This document shows positions 29,692-39,479 of a DNA stretch of 64,000 nucleotides, one piece after another. Where the stretch lies: the sequence record OM456492.1, one strand, 5' to 3'. The notes under the pieces are model-generated. The model was not told the DNA's origin. It worked only from the letters and a program-made list of their open reading frames with translations, and did not search any database. How positions within the stretch are numbered: the first letter of the stretch is position 1; every line of letters starts with the position of its first letter. The translations under genes and the position numbers were made by a program.

Positions 29692-30459
29692 TTATTTGTA
29701 GTTAACCATATACGGCGCGCCCTGCTTAGTAAAGCCAACCGTCAGCTTGCTCGCCTCTTTCTTTACCCATGCGGGTAATTCTTCACGGAATGCCGGGTTC
29801 AGGAACCAAATCTGCTCATAGCGCCCGTCAATCTTTTCAACAACACGCTCCCAACCTTCGACGTACGTCAACGAGAACCATTTAAAACGCGCCTGGCGTG
29901 CCCAGTAGTGGTATTCGATGGTTCGACCGACGTGAGTCAAGACATCAATCAGAACTTGGTAGAAGCTCGGCTTTCCGATGACATGGGTATACTCGAAGAT
30001 AACAGACTCTTCGCCAGGGACGAAGTTATCTTCAAAATTCTTCTCCCCTGTTAAAGGTACCATTATCGTGTCGTTGTTGATACACAGCAACCAGTGCTTA
30101 TTCGAAAATATCGGCGTGTCGCCTGAGAAACGAGCCCAGCGATAATTTTCAATCGCGACGCCAACCTGTGGCCGTAGCGTATCGACCACCTTCGCTATCG
30201 CTGCAGGGTCTATCGGCTCATAAACCAGACAAATCGCCTGCGCTTGCTCTCTTTCCTGCTCAGGTTCCGCAGGGCGTGGTCGCCGCCCCAGCATCAAAAT
30301 CCCACTAAGATTAGTTTCCCCAATCTCAATGATTTCTATTTCGCTAGTAGGAAGCTGGCGTTTAGCGTCCTCCATGTCGACGGCCCCTAATAACCCGTAT
30401 TCGTAGTCGTCGAATTCCACCGTGTAGAATTCATCGGAGAACGCAAAGAGTTTCATCAT
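29692..30459 (-). CDS. Hypothetical protein
   Basis: Start moved to MMKLF after a GGAG RBS. Confidence 0.7.
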   Translation of the reverse strand: MMKLFAFSDEFYTVEFDDYEYGLLGAVDMEDAKRQLPTSEIEIIEIGETNLSGILMLGRRPRPAEPEQEREQAQAICLVYEPIDPAAIAKVVDTLRPQVGVAIENYRWARFSGDTPIFSNKHWLLCINNDTIMVPLTGEKNFEDNFVPGEESVIFEYTHVIGKPSFYQVLIDVLTHVGRTIEYHYWARQARFKWFSLTYVEGWERVVEKIDGRYEQIWFLNPAFREELPAWVKKEASKLTVGFTKQGAPYMVNYK

Positions 30460-30460
30460 C

Positions 30461-30712
30461 TTATTTCTCCATTGTTTTAAAGAGAACATCTACGCTGTTA
30501 CGGAGCATATTCAGTTCTTCTTCTTTCTTACGCAGCAGCATTTCAGGAGCGTTCTTTGCAAACTCTTTCAGTGCCATTTGGACGACATGCGAATCGGTTT
30601 CGTCCGGGAACAGAGCCTTTAATGCGACCCATTCCTCCGCGGTGAATACGTCGCCTTTGCGGACATTACGCTGTTGTGGCAGTCGAATTGTTTTACTGAG
30701 ACGGTCTGTCAT
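30461..30712 (-). CDS. Small hypothetical protein, possible ribbon-helix-helix fold
   Basis: MTDRLSKTIRLP... starts by ATGA overlap with the upstream stop. Confidence 0.55.
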   Translation of the reverse strand: MTDRLSKTIRLPQQRNVRKGDVFTAEEWVALKALFPDETDSHVVQMALKEFAKNAPEMLLRKKEEELNMLRNSVDVLFKTMEK

Positions 30713-31245
30713 AACTCCACCCAAATCAGTTTAAAGGTATTACCTTCTAAGCCAGTAGGATGGATAATCATCGCTTCGGTATAGATAGGCTCTTCTTCCG
30801 CAATACGGTGCTCAGCTGCTAAGCCTGAAAGGTGCATGTAGAGGTCTTCATCCATATCCCCGTTAAAAGACGAAGTCAGGATAAAGGGTGTGGACTCAGC
30901 GATTTGCAAAAGCGTTTCTTTGCTAATCTGTATTTCCATTGTCCGACGCCGTTCCATCCAGCTACCTTGCTCGTGGATATATGGGTCGGTATTAATGCGA
31001 ACGACAGGTTCCGTAGACACACCCAGACCACGCGACATCATCTGGATAGCCAGAAGCGTCCACCATTCTTGTTCGGATATCGGGAAACCGATAGCCTTCA
31101 TTGTACCGTCCGGTTGTGGAACGTGTAATTGTCCACGATGTTCGTCTGGAAACTCGATGATCTTCTGTCCGTTGATAGGAATAAACGGCGATTCGTCCGT
31201 AGCAACCACCGCTTTAGGCTTGAAGGGAACGATGTTGTCAACCAT
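30709..31245 (-). CDS. Hypothetical protein
   Basis: 178 aa, AGGAG RBS. Confidence 0.7.
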   Translation of the reverse strand: MVDNIVPFKPKAVVATDESPFIPINGQKIIEFPDEHRGQLHVPQPDGTMKAIGFPISEQEWWTLLAIQMMSRGLGVSTEPVVRINTDPYIHEQGSWMERRRTMEIQISKETLLQIAESTPFILTSSFNGDMDEDLYMHLSGLAAEHRIAEEEPIYTEAMIIHPTGLEGNTFKLIWVEL

Positions 31246-31257
31246 AAACGCTCCTAA

Positions 31258-32295
31258 TTAGATAGCCACCGGTGCAGATATTTTTTCATGGGACTGATAC
31301 CCGACGATTTCGAAATCTTCGAATTTGTAATCGAAGATAGAATCCGGTTTACGCTTGATGACCAGTTTCGGCAAAGGTAAGGGTTCACGAGTCAGCTGCA
31401 GCTTGGCCTGCTCCAGATGGTTGGAGTATAAATGCACATCGCCACCACTCCAAACGAAATCGCCCGGCAACATGTTAACTTGCTGTGCTACCATGTGAAT
31501 CAGTAACGCGTAAGACGCGATGTTAAACGGCACGCCCAGGAACATATCTGCGCTGCGCTGGTACAGTTGACATGAAAGAACGCGGCGAGGTATTTCAAGT
31601 GCGTCCATCTCAACGTGGAACACTGCGTCATCTGCTACAGCTTCATTACTAAAGCGGGAATCGTTAAATTGATCTGGAAGGTTCTTTTCAAACCAATCAA
31701 GACGCTCGTCGATAGACAGCTCACGAGTGTAGAACTGAAAGAACGCATGACACGGAGCTAACGCCATTTGATCCAACTCACCCACGTTCCATGCGCTGAC
31801 AATAATACGGCGACTGTCAGGATCGTTACGCAGCTGGTCAATCACCTTAGAGATCTGGTCGTGCTCTTTCAGAAGTACACGCGCATCGAACATTTGTGAA
31901 CCGTCGTCCGCGTCGCCATAATCCGCGTATCCAGCAGCTTGCAGTTTCTCGAGTAAAGCTGCATTTTTCTTAGGCACCAGTTTCACATCTTTCCAACGTC
32001 TCCATTGTGCACCATACAGGGGTCCAAGGTTCCCATTCTCATCTTGCCACTCCCGCCAAATGGTAACGCCGTTATCTTCCAGATATTTGGTGTTGGTATC
32101 CCCACTAAGGAACCACAGCAGTTCATGGATAATAGAACGCAGGTGGAGTTTCTTAGTCGTGACTAACGGGAAACCTTTACGCAAATCAAAACGCATTTGG
32201 CGACCAAAGACGGAGAGCGTCCCTGTTCCAGTACGATCGCCTTTAACATGACCCTCGTCCAGAATGTTCTGCATCATCTCAAGATATTGTTTCAC
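31258..32295 (-). CDS. thyA: Thymidylate synthase
   Basis: [33 protein letters not shown] and [21 protein letters not shown] start after AAAGGA. Confidence 0.97.
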   Translation of the reverse strand: MKQYLEMMQNILDEGHVKGDRTGTGTLSVFGRQMRFDLRKGFPLVTTKKLHLRSIIHELLWFLSGDTNTKYLEDNGVTIWREWQDENGNLGPLYGAQWRRWKDVKLVPKKNAALLEKLQAAGYADYGDADDGSQMFDARVLLKEHDQISKVIDQLRNDPDSRRIIVSAWNVGELDQMALAPCHAFFQFYTRELSIDERLDWFEKNLPDQFNDSRFSNEAVADDAVFHVEMDALEIPRRVLSCQLYQRSADMFLGVPFNIASYALLIHMVAQQVNMLPGDFVWSGGDVHLYSNHLEQAKLQLTREPLPLPKLVIKRKPDSIFDYKFEDFEIVGYQSHEKISAPVAI

Positions 32296-32297
32296 AA

Positions 32298-33167
32298 TTA
32301 TTTTCCTTTCAATAAATTCAAAATGTCTCTTAAATCGTCGTTCGCACAAATGTTTACAGCGTTACCATCGAACTTAACATCAACACGAGGGTTACGATTG
32401 AACAACATTTGTTTTCTTACTATCCACGGTTCAAAGTGCGCCTTGAGAAGCTCTTGCAGCTTTTCGTTCATAATGTCCTCCATCCGCAGCAATAGCTGCG
32501 GCATGGCGACTTCACCGTTATGTTTGGTTTGTAAATCATTCGATGTGGCCAAAAGGCAATTTACAATAATGTCGTGAACTGACTCGTTGGTTTTGTACAC
32601 CGCCTGATAGGTTTGTTTCGCCAAATCGTTGTCGGGTAACGGCAACGTTGCTTTAAGCAGTTCGCCGAGCGTGCTTAATGTTTCGGGAGTCTTAACGAGC
32701 TTACGATGACCGTTAAAAACAACGCGGTCAAACTCCAGCCCACAGCGACACGCTAACAATTGATACTGCCTCATCAACTTACGAAGCAGCGAGCTGTAAC
32801 TCTTAGGGTCGTGTTCTGGTTCTCGCAAAACAACACTAACGGCCTCGACCGCAATTAACATGAGTTGCTGCAGCTGCCCTTCTTTCGTTCCAGTTGTAGT
32901 ACGAACGGATAGCGCGTCACTCAGCGGAACGATAATATCGCCGAAGTTAGAATGTGGACCGAGGTGTAGCAGCGCGGCAAATGTCCAAATCGATTCGCCG
33001 ATACCGGCAGCCACCTTTAGGTTATCCAGTTCATCGACACCTGCTGAGATCCTGCCGAGTGTGACGTAATACTTTACCAACTGACGCTCAGTCGCTTTCT
33101 GTTGGTAAATATCTGTCTTGCGAAACCATTCTTCGACTGCCTGAACTTGTTGAATGATGCTAGGCAC
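32298..33167 (-). CDS. MazG-like fold protein lacking catalytic acidic residues (putative pseudo-enzyme)
   Basis: W...T.I....[13 protein letters not shown]...[11 protein letters not shown] aligns by eye to the MazG core of 27995..28936. GTG start overlaps the upstream gene. Confidence 0.5.
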   Translation of the reverse strand: MPSIIQQVQAVEEWFRKTDIYQQKATERQLVKYYVTLGRISAGVDELDNLKVAAGIGESIWTFAALLHLGPHSNFGDIIVPLSDALSVRTTTGTKEGQLQQLMLIAVEAVSVVLREPEHDPKSYSSLLRKLMRQYQLLACRCGLEFDRVVFNGHRKLVKTPETLSTLGELLKATLPLPDNDLAKQTYQAVYKTNESVHDIIVNCLLATSNDLQTKHNGEVAMPQLLLRMEDIMNEKLQELLKAHFEPWIVRKQMLFNRNPRVDVKFDGNAVNICANDDLRDILNLLKGK

Positions 33168-33582
33168 AGACTTCTTCCTCCTGATACGCGTAGCAGATTG
33201 CAAAGTTAAGCTGGCCGGTTGCGCGAGAAACCACAACGGCAATAGTCTGGTCTTCCACACCTGACATCGGTGTGCCCTGGTTAACCATCTGGCCAGCGGC
33301 TTTACTTACTGGACCCAACAAGCGCCAGCTGTACAGACGACTACGTAACGACGCGTTTTGTAAGAAAGCGGAGCCGCAATCATAGTCGACATTAAACGCT
33401 GCAAACATTGGACCACAGTCTGCCATCGTGCCGTTTAACGGCAGCTCGCTCGTTACCACAATCTTCACAGGCTTGTCTTTGAGACGCTGTGCTAACGCTT
33501 CCCAGTTAGCGTTATTAGTGCCAGCGATGATGGTGTTGTTCAGAAGTAAGCCAACGCCTTTTTCAAACGCGATATTGTTCAT
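33160..33582 (-). CDS. Hypothetical protein
   Basis: 140 aa, AAGGAG RBS. Confidence 0.7.
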   Translation of the reverse strand: MNNIAFEKGVGLLLNNTIIAGTNNANWEALAQRLKDKPVKIVVTSELPLNGTMADCGPMFAAFNVDYDCGSAFLQNASLRSRLYSWRLLGPVSKAAGQMVNQGTPMSGVEDQTIAVVVSRATGQLNFAICYAYQEEEVCA

Positions 33583-33630
33583 TATAGTTCTCCTTGAGGT
33601 CTTTTACATACGTACAGCCGTGGCCGTAAA

Positions 33631-33993
33631 TTATCGAAGAATAAGAATTTGACTACTGTCGTGCACATTGTACGTATTCATCCTGGGCTTGCTAGGCGGG
33701 TTGAAACCCATCAATAATTCGCACAATACACGACCAGGCTGCCCACTGAAGATAACCAGGTGCGTGGTGTCTTCGCCGTCTCCAAGTCGGGAGAAAGCCA
33801 CGCGTGGCGACGCAGCTTGCGTGTAGAGTTGCAATAGTTGAAACTTACCTTCTTCGAAGGGAGCAAGTTTCTCTTTCCACTCGACCATAGATGTTTCGTC
33901 GAGTTCTAACGTGCGTACACGTCTCCCGTCGCTATCCGCAACCCCACAAACAAACACGATTCCGTGACGATTAAAGAAAAAACCGATTTGCAT
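33631..33993 (-). CDS. Hypothetical protein
   Basis: 120 aa, TAAGGAG RBS. Confidence 0.7.
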   Translation of the reverse strand: MQIGFFFNRHGIVFVCGVADSDGRRVRTLELDETSMVEWKEKLAPFEEGKFQLLQLYTQAASPRVAFSRLGDGEDTTHLVIFSGQPGRVLCELLMGFNPPSKPRMNTYNVHDSSQILILR

Positions 33994-34012
33994 TTACATA
34001 CTCCTTAAGATA

Positions 34013-34049
34013 AAAAATGAAGATACCCTCCCCCGAAGGAGAGGGTACG
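34013..34049 (-). terminator. Intrinsic terminator
   Basis: TACCCTC..CC-cgaa-GG..GAGGGTA stem (UUCG loop on the minus strand) plus a T-run. Confidence 0.75.
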
Positions 34050-34051
34050 AC

Positions 34052-34711
34052 TTAGATGCGGGTTTCATTATCCCAGTAGTTCGAAATAACTAACTGGGAC
34101 TCCACATCCGACGGGTTGCCTGGAATAGCGTCTTCTACTGCAAACGGCAATACGTCCTTAATAGACGTCAGCTCAAATCGCTCAACTTCCAGTTCGACTT
34201 TTACCCACTCGCCGAATGTAGTGGAGTCGCGCAGTTCGTTGACAAGGTCTTCGAAACCTGCCTGCGATTCGATAACTGGGTGACCTGCCAGTTTAAAGAA
34301 CAAGTCGATATCCCAATGCTTCGCACCTTGCTCTGCCAGCTCGCCTGGCTCGAGTTTGATACGACGCACGAGATGTGCAAGATTGCCATCTTCGTAGAAG
34401 GTCAGACCGGAAGCAAACCCGATATCTGAGTTCTCTTCGATACGACCATCAGATGCTTGTCGTTTTAACGTTAAGACTGCGGTTTTATCGGTGGACAACC
34501 GCACACGACGTTTGCCGTTAACGACCGGCATGATGACGTCCAGGAACGTTTCACCTGTCTGACCAAACAGCCATTGCCAACCTTCTTCAGTGGGTTTAAC
34601 CCACATGCAATACTCACGTTCCTTCTCCGTAGAGATGGACTCACGCGCAACAGTAATGACTTCTTTTTCCTGCTGCTCGTCGAGGTTTTTGAGAATATCA
34701 AATAGTCCCAT
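34052..34711 (-). CDS. CYTH (triphosphate tunnel metalloenzyme) domain protein
   Basis: EKEREY (ExE motif), RVRL...LTLK, RIEE, WDIDLF and VKVELEV in CYTH order. Confidence 0.7.
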   Translation of the reverse strand: MGLFDILKNLDEQQEKEVITVARESISTEKEREYCMWVKPTEEGWQWLFGQTGETFLDVIMPVVNGKRRVRLSTDKTAVLTLKRQASDGRIEENSDIGFASGLTFYEDGNLAHLVRRIKLEPGELAEQGAKHWDIDLFFKLAGHPVIESQAGFEDLVNELRDSTTFGEWVKVELEVERFELTSIKDVLPFAVEDAIPGNPSDVESQLVISNYWDNETRI

Positions 34712-35549
34712 CGTCGATTCCTAGTTTCTTCAAAAGTTCGGCTCGATCAAACGTACTGTCTTCAGGATCGATATGTTCAGCTATCATCTCAATCAGATTT
34801 GGTAGCCAGTCCCAGTGTGCTGGGAATATCTTACGCCCTTGCATCATGTAATAATGCTTAAGCGGGATACGTGCTCGCAGAATCTCTGCAAATACATTAC
34901 CTAACGATGTCCCGTCGACCGACAGTATAAAGAGTTTATTTACCAGCGCATGGATAAAACGGCTTTCTGTAACCGGAGTAAATGTACCTGGCTTATAACT
35001 GGTTCCTCCGTAGATTTCCGCTTTCAGATTACGACCTAACCGGATACAGTCGGTGCCATCTAGCGCACGTAACTTCTCAATATCAGGCCAGGTGTTCACT
35101 GCCTGTTGCATGATATCAAATTCCATCACCAAAGTGCGGTCATCAATCTCACGCATCAGGTAATCCAGAATACGCAGATAGTGGTAATAACCCTCGAGCG
35201 TTCGGAAAGGCCCGTGGGGGGTAACAAAATACTCACCAGGGCGAGCATAAAAGTTACTCGCCATCCGACCTATCTCAGTTCGACCCTGCGAATAGATGTT
35301 GAAGTGATTCAAACCATCTGTAGACGGCGTGATATCCACCAGGGTACTCTGATAACCCATACGCAGTAAATAGCGTACAAAGGCTTCCTTTTCTTCTGGC
35401 GGGAGGATGGGACGTAAAACGGGATATGTGGTTCCTACTGCGGCGGGCAATGCAAAGCCAAAAGCAGCCGCCAAAGCATCCACCGATGCACCATCATCGC
35501 GTAGGCGTTCCAACGCACTACGCAAAAACTTACCTTCATCTTTCGACAT
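34698..35549 (-). CDS. NADAR-like protein (T4 gp30.3 type)
   Basis: NIYS...GRMASNF...F.TPHGPF.TLEGYY..L, LRALDG..CIRLGR and LKHY match the recalled gp30.3 pattern SNFA..F..DG..F..LEGF.Q, IFGLSG..AQQAGR and LKH. Confidence 0.6.
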   Translation of the reverse strand: MSKDEGKFLRSALERLRDDGASVDALAAAFGFALPAAVGTTYPVLRPILPPEEKEAFVRYLLRMGYQSTLVDITPSTDGLNHFNIYSQGRTEIGRMASNFYARPGEYFVTPHGPFRTLEGYYHYLRILDYLMREIDDRTLVMEFDIMQQAVNTWPDIEKLRALDGTDCIRLGRNLKAEIYGGTSYKPGTFTPVTESRFIHALVNKLFILSVDGTSLGNVFAEILRARIPLKHYYMMQGRKIFPAHWDWLPNLIEMIAEHIDPEDSTFDRAELLKKLGIDDGTI

Positions 35550-35558
35550 AGAGGTACC

Positions 35559-36833
35559 TTATAAGGCGAAATAGCTCTGTACCAGTGTACTGGCAGACTG
35601 ATATTGGACACTACCACCGGCGATAACGTATGGGCGTTTCTCGGTAGTTAAGAGTGCTTGAATCGCATTACTGTTGGCGTATGTGTAAAGCTTAAGCTCA
35701 ACCATTCCAGGATTCGTTTTAGAGATATCCCAGTTTGGATTAAGCGCTTTAAACAACGTTAACAGTCGCTGACCGTAGGTACTGTAACCCACGCCTGGTT
35801 CAACGTTAAGGTTCATCAGAAGATTCTGAATAACGGTATCTGCAATCTCAGCACCTTGACCAGGCTGTAGTTTAGGCAAGTAATACTCAACAGAATTGAG
35901 ATTACCCGCCGCTGCAGCCTGTATCATCAGTTCGCCGTACAACGCTTGCTGTGCAACAGGATCGGTGATGGCCTGAATCATCGGATCGATACGATTCGGC
36001 AGGCCGAATTGATTAAGCTTCGTGGACATCCCGTATATCAACGCAGACGAGGTGTTGATATCCAGTGAGGAGAAATTACCACTCCCGCCCGTAAAGCTAT
36101 CAATGATCCCATCGATAGACAAGAAGTCGTCCAGGTCCTTAAAGCTATCGAACGTGTGTGTAACATCGTCAATCAGTGCAGTGACTTGCCATTTGGCGCT
36201 ATTGGCCATGTCGACGTAGTTACCGATTTCACGTTGCACCTCACCAGGCAGTTTGGCAAGCTGTCCCGCGATGTTCATCGTGGATTCCAGGCGAGCTTTC
36301 ACCGACGCATAATCTGTCCCGACTGCGCTTAAAGCGCTATCGCGAAGATCAGTCAATGTGTCCCATCCTTTACTTAACAAACTACCTGCGCCGCCCGGTG
36401 AGAGATAGCTCAGTGCAGTTTTCCCTTCCTGGTTTACCTTCTGGAAGGGTTCGGACACATCGCGCTTCTGCGGATCAATAACTGGCAGCGCTTCTTTCGT
36501 GTTGGAAGCAAAAGTAGGCACACGTTGTGGCGGCGATACTCCGGAAGCCGCTGAACCTGCTGCCTTTTTACCACCTACCGTGACTTGGTCGCCACCCCCG
36601 AACACGTTACCAAATTTTTCACTTATCGTGTTGCCAATGTTGGAGATCTTGTCGAAAGTTTCCCCTGCTTTGGCGGTTACGTTATTGTACAAATTTTGAG
36701 CACTTTCAATACCGCGCTCGGCATTACCAATCGTTGACTGGACACGGTTTTGAACATCGTTAACTTTGTTCTCTATTGCGCCCGTTGTGCTGCTTATCTG
36801 GTTGGTAATCCCATCAAGGTTGTTCAGTTTCAT
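35559..36833 (-). CDS. Probable virion structural protein
   Basis: 424 aa with a low-complexity N/S/T/G-rich N-terminus. Function inferred from composition and neighbourhood only. Confidence 0.5.
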   Translation of the reverse strand: MKLNNLDGITNQISSTTGAIENKVNDVQNRVQSTIGNAERGIESAQNLYNNVTAKAGETFDKISNIGNTISEKFGNVFGGGDQVTVGGKKAAGSAASGVSPPQRVPTFASNTKEALPVIDPQKRDVSEPFQKVNQEGKTALSYLSPGGAGSLLSKGWDTLTDLRDSALSAVGTDYASVKARLESTMNIAGQLAKLPGEVQREIGNYVDMANSAKWQVTALIDDVTHTFDSFKDLDDFLSIDGIIDSFTGGSGNFSSLDINTSSALIYGMSTKLNQFGLPNRIDPMIQAITDPVAQQALYGELMIQAAAAGNLNSVEYYLPKLQPGQGAEIADTVIQNLLMNLNVEPGVGYSTYGQRLLTLFKALNPNWDISKTNPGMVELKLYTYANSNAIQALLTTEKRPYVIAGGSVQYQSASTLVQSYFAL

Positions 36834-37692
36834 TGGAACTCCAGAATCTATACGTCGCTAACGGAACGTCGTCGCTGACCTCATATTCTCTACCACTACG
36901 ATGACGAACTTTGAAAGTGATTTCGAACTCACGTACGTCCAGCGCTTGTAAGATTATTAGAAACCAACGCCAGGTGATTGCCTCGGTGTGACGCATCGCC
37001 TGTTTCATGTTGTTTCGTCTGTCCCCACGTTTGGATGATGTGCCTGGGCACAACTTAGGGTTGTTGACGTAGTTCGTCGTCCACCGTTCCAGTTTATCAC
37101 CATCGATTTTATACCCACGAATAACTTTGTAGATTAAACGCAGGAGAATGTGCTTCATCACATGTTCGATAGTGTGGTCGATGTTCGCGACATACTCGTT
37201 AACGTCGTGAGATGCAGGATGCTCGAAACGCTCTTTACGTTTCTTCCTGTTCTCATTACGTAAGTTCTTAATGAAGTCCTCACGCACAAACGTACTGTCG
37301 AATACAAAACACTTCGTGTCAAAGCTTCCCCGCTTGGTCAGCAGGGTGACTGTTAGCGTTTGCATCTCCAGGATAACTAATCCCTCGATGAAACGTTTCC
37401 ACGTAAAATCGACTGTCAGGTTACGTACTGAACCACCAGTAAGTGAGGTGTTCAGCCGGTTAACGCGGTCGGTCATCGTGGTCAGTTTGCTGTCGCGAAA
37501 CTGTTTCAGATACTCCGGGTCGTTGACATGTTGACGGATAAGGTTTTTCCATATCCCGTCGCTAATACCCATCAACTTAACCAGATTCCAATAAGCTTTC
37601 CTTAACGGGTAGCTGGAATCTGACGCCGGTGGTGTACCGTGCCAAATTTGCTCGCGTGTGCTATTCAGCGGCGGCTTTTTCTCATCATCCAT
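36814..37692 (-). CDS. Hypothetical protein with internally duplicated domain
   Basis: Two copies of L..(Y)...I......W......(H/Y)VN.P...R.N.L......TW..F...L..L.....(T/E)(V/I)T. Confidence 0.65.
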   Translation of the reverse strand: MDDEKKPPLNSTREQIWHGTPPASDSSYPLRKAYWNLVKLMGISDGIWKNLIRQHVNDPEYLKQFRDSKLTTMTDRVNRLNTSLTGGSVRNLTVDFTWKRFIEGLVILEMQTLTVTLLTKRGSFDTKCFVFDSTFVREDFIKNLRNENRKKRKERFEHPASHDVNEYVANIDHTIEHVMKHILLRLIYKVIRGYKIDGDKLERWTTNYVNNPKLCPGTSSKRGDRRNNMKQAMRHTEAITWRWFLIILQALDVREFEITFKVRHRSGREYEVSDDVPLATYRFWSSNETEQP

Positions 37693-37725
37693 ACATCACC
37701 TTGTTACAAGGGAATAGATTAAAAG

Positions 37726-38256
37726 TTAGAGATAGTGTTCCACTATCACTTCTAACTCGCGGAAGATATGTGCGGTTTGATTAAACAGCGTATCCTGTTC
37801 GGGCGTTTGTTTATCAAATGCACGCTGATACAGTTCTAACATAGCGAAGACTGTGCGCAGTTTATCGCGCGCGACTTCAGGATCGGATGCACCGAAATAA
37901 TGATCAAGCCATCGTGGTTCTGAACTCTCTCCTTTTCTATCGATTGCCTCAGGCAACTCTAACCAACGTTGATTGGGGATGTTGCTACTGGATACACGGT
38001 TATACTCAGAAATGAAGAATTCCAATCGCTCCACCAACGTGTCAAAATCTCGAATGCGTAATTCGAGTTGTCCACGCAATGAAAAAGGAAGGTATTCTTT
38101 CCCATTATATTCCAGAGGCTCTGTAATGAGTTCTAAGCCCACCATCACTCTGTGCAGGGTGTTATGGGTATTCTTATGAAACTCAGCCTCCAAAGAGCGT
38201 CTACGAGCTTCTACAGCCTTACGACGCAGGAGTGTTGAAAGCCATTTAAAAAGCAT
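37726..38256 (-). CDS. Hypothetical (possibly virion) protein
   Basis: 176 aa, AGGA RBS. Confidence 0.65.
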   Translation of the reverse strand: MLFKWLSTLLRRKAVEARRRSLEAEFHKNTHNTLHRVMVGLELITEPLEYNGKEYLPFSLRGQLELRIRDFDTLVERLEFFISEYNRVSSSNIPNQRWLELPEAIDRKGESSEPRWLDHYFGASDPEVARDKLRTVFAMLELYQRAFDKQTPEQDTLFNQTAHIFRELEVIVEHYL

Positions 38257-38292
38257 AGGTGTTATCCTATTATGAGATGTTGTCTCGGATAG

Positions 38293-38316
38293 ATAATATC
38301 TGTCTGAGTTCTTTTT
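38293..38316 (-). promoter_or_regulatory. Putative early promoter
   Basis: Minus strand AAAAAGAACTCAGACAGATATTAT, a near copy of the 6616 motif. Confidence 0.6.
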
Positions 38317-38332
38317 GAGATGAGGTTATCCC

Positions 38333-38803
38333 ATGAGCGAAGAAGTGAAATACCAAGCGTTCGACGGAGATGTGGACAACGAAGATTCGCTTCTCCGCCA
38401 AACACAACAGCTACGCATTAAGCTCGTCACGGATATGGTGAACGACGGTGAAGTACACAAAGACTTAAAAGCCGTCGACCGAATCGAACGCCTAATCAAC
38501 GGCATCGACAAACAGGTCATGACGAAGCGGAAAATTAAAGCTGCTGAGAAAGGCGCTGAGGCGACTCAAGATTTGGCCAACAGTTTAAACGGCTTCTTAA
38601 TGACCCGTGCAGGCGTTGGTATCAAACGTCACGACGATGAAGAAGATTTAAATAACGGATACCAACCCACCGTCCCACAGATTGCCGCAGTACGGCCTCC
38701 GAAAGAAGGTGAGTTGGCACCAGTAGGCGAAAAGATTGACGTTGACCAGATCATGGCGTCTGCGTTTGCGAGTCGTCGTCCTGCTGATGACGACGAAGAC
38801 TAA
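38333..38803 (+). CDS. Hypothetical protein
   Basis: 156 aa, GAGG RBS, helical and acidic C-terminus. Converges on and overlaps the next gene by 53 bp. Confidence 0.7.
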   Translation: MSEEVKYQAFDGDVDNEDSLLRQTQQLRIKLVTDMVNDGEVHKDLKAVDRIERLINGIDKQVMTKRKIKAAEKGAEATQDLANSLNGFLMTRAGVGIKRHDDEEDLNNGYQPTVPQIAAVRPPKEGELAPVGEKIDVDQIMASAFASRRPADDDED

Positions 38804-39479
38804 AGAGCGCAGTGTCCTTTACGTCAGTACCGACGTATTGAGCAAGAAAACGGGTGGACTCCTTAAAGGGGTTCACCTTATCTCTTTTTATTTGCGCGAT
38901 TGCTTCTTCCGTTAATTCGCTGGTCAGCATACTCGGTCGGGTAATCGTAAAATCCGGAATCGGTTTCTGGAAATGGTTCGCGTGTTGTTCTATCCACGGA
39001 TACCAATCATACATTATCCAACCATCCCATGCAGAAGCAAGTCGTCCGGGTGTAAGATCGCTGTGAGGAATAACCACGACGTCTACTTGCACTTCGTTGT
39101 AGTAGTAACGCAGTTCCTCCAAAAACGCGTGACGTTCTTCATCATCGAGATCAGCGTATGGCCACAGGTTAAACGTTAAGACGGGTCGCTCGATAGGGGC
39201 GTGCATCTGTATCGTCATTAACATTGCCTGTACTTCGTTCTTTAACGTAAGCAACATTTCTGTTGGCTGCGCATTCTGCAACGCACGTTTATCACGCTCC
39301 GCGAACTTTTTATTCCAGTCCTGAATCCCCACCACTTCGGCCCACGCATCCGTGAACCTCATCCGATAGACTTCTAAATCGAGCTTTTCTAATACATCAG
39401 GCTGTAGCACTTTCGCCCAACCAATTCGTGTATCGAAGATTGTGTCGATGTCGACTAAGAAACGGCGTCCTAATCTCAT
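38751..39479 (-). CDS. Conserved jumbo-phage protein with HAD-like N-terminal DxD
   Basis: FLVDIDTIFDTR motif. ATGA-coupled to the RNAP beta-C gene. Confidence 0.55.
   Translation of the reverse strand: MRLGRRFLVDIDTIFDTRIGWAKVLQPDVLEKLDLEVYRMRFTDAWAEVVGIQDWNKKFAERDKRALQNAQPTEMLLTLKNEVQAMLMTIQMHAPIERPVLTFNLWPYADLDDEERHAFLEELRYYYNEVQVDVVVIPHSDLTPGRLASAWDGWIMYDWYPWIEQHANHFQKPIPDFTITRPSMLTSELTEEAIAQIKRDKVNPFKESTRFLAQYVGTDVKDTALFSLRRHQQDDDSQTQTP

Noticed and set aside
31258-32295. Two insertions of about 40 aa in ThyA
   Set aside because: No intein (C/S...HN) or intron hallmarks. Loop insertions are common in phage thymidylate synthases.
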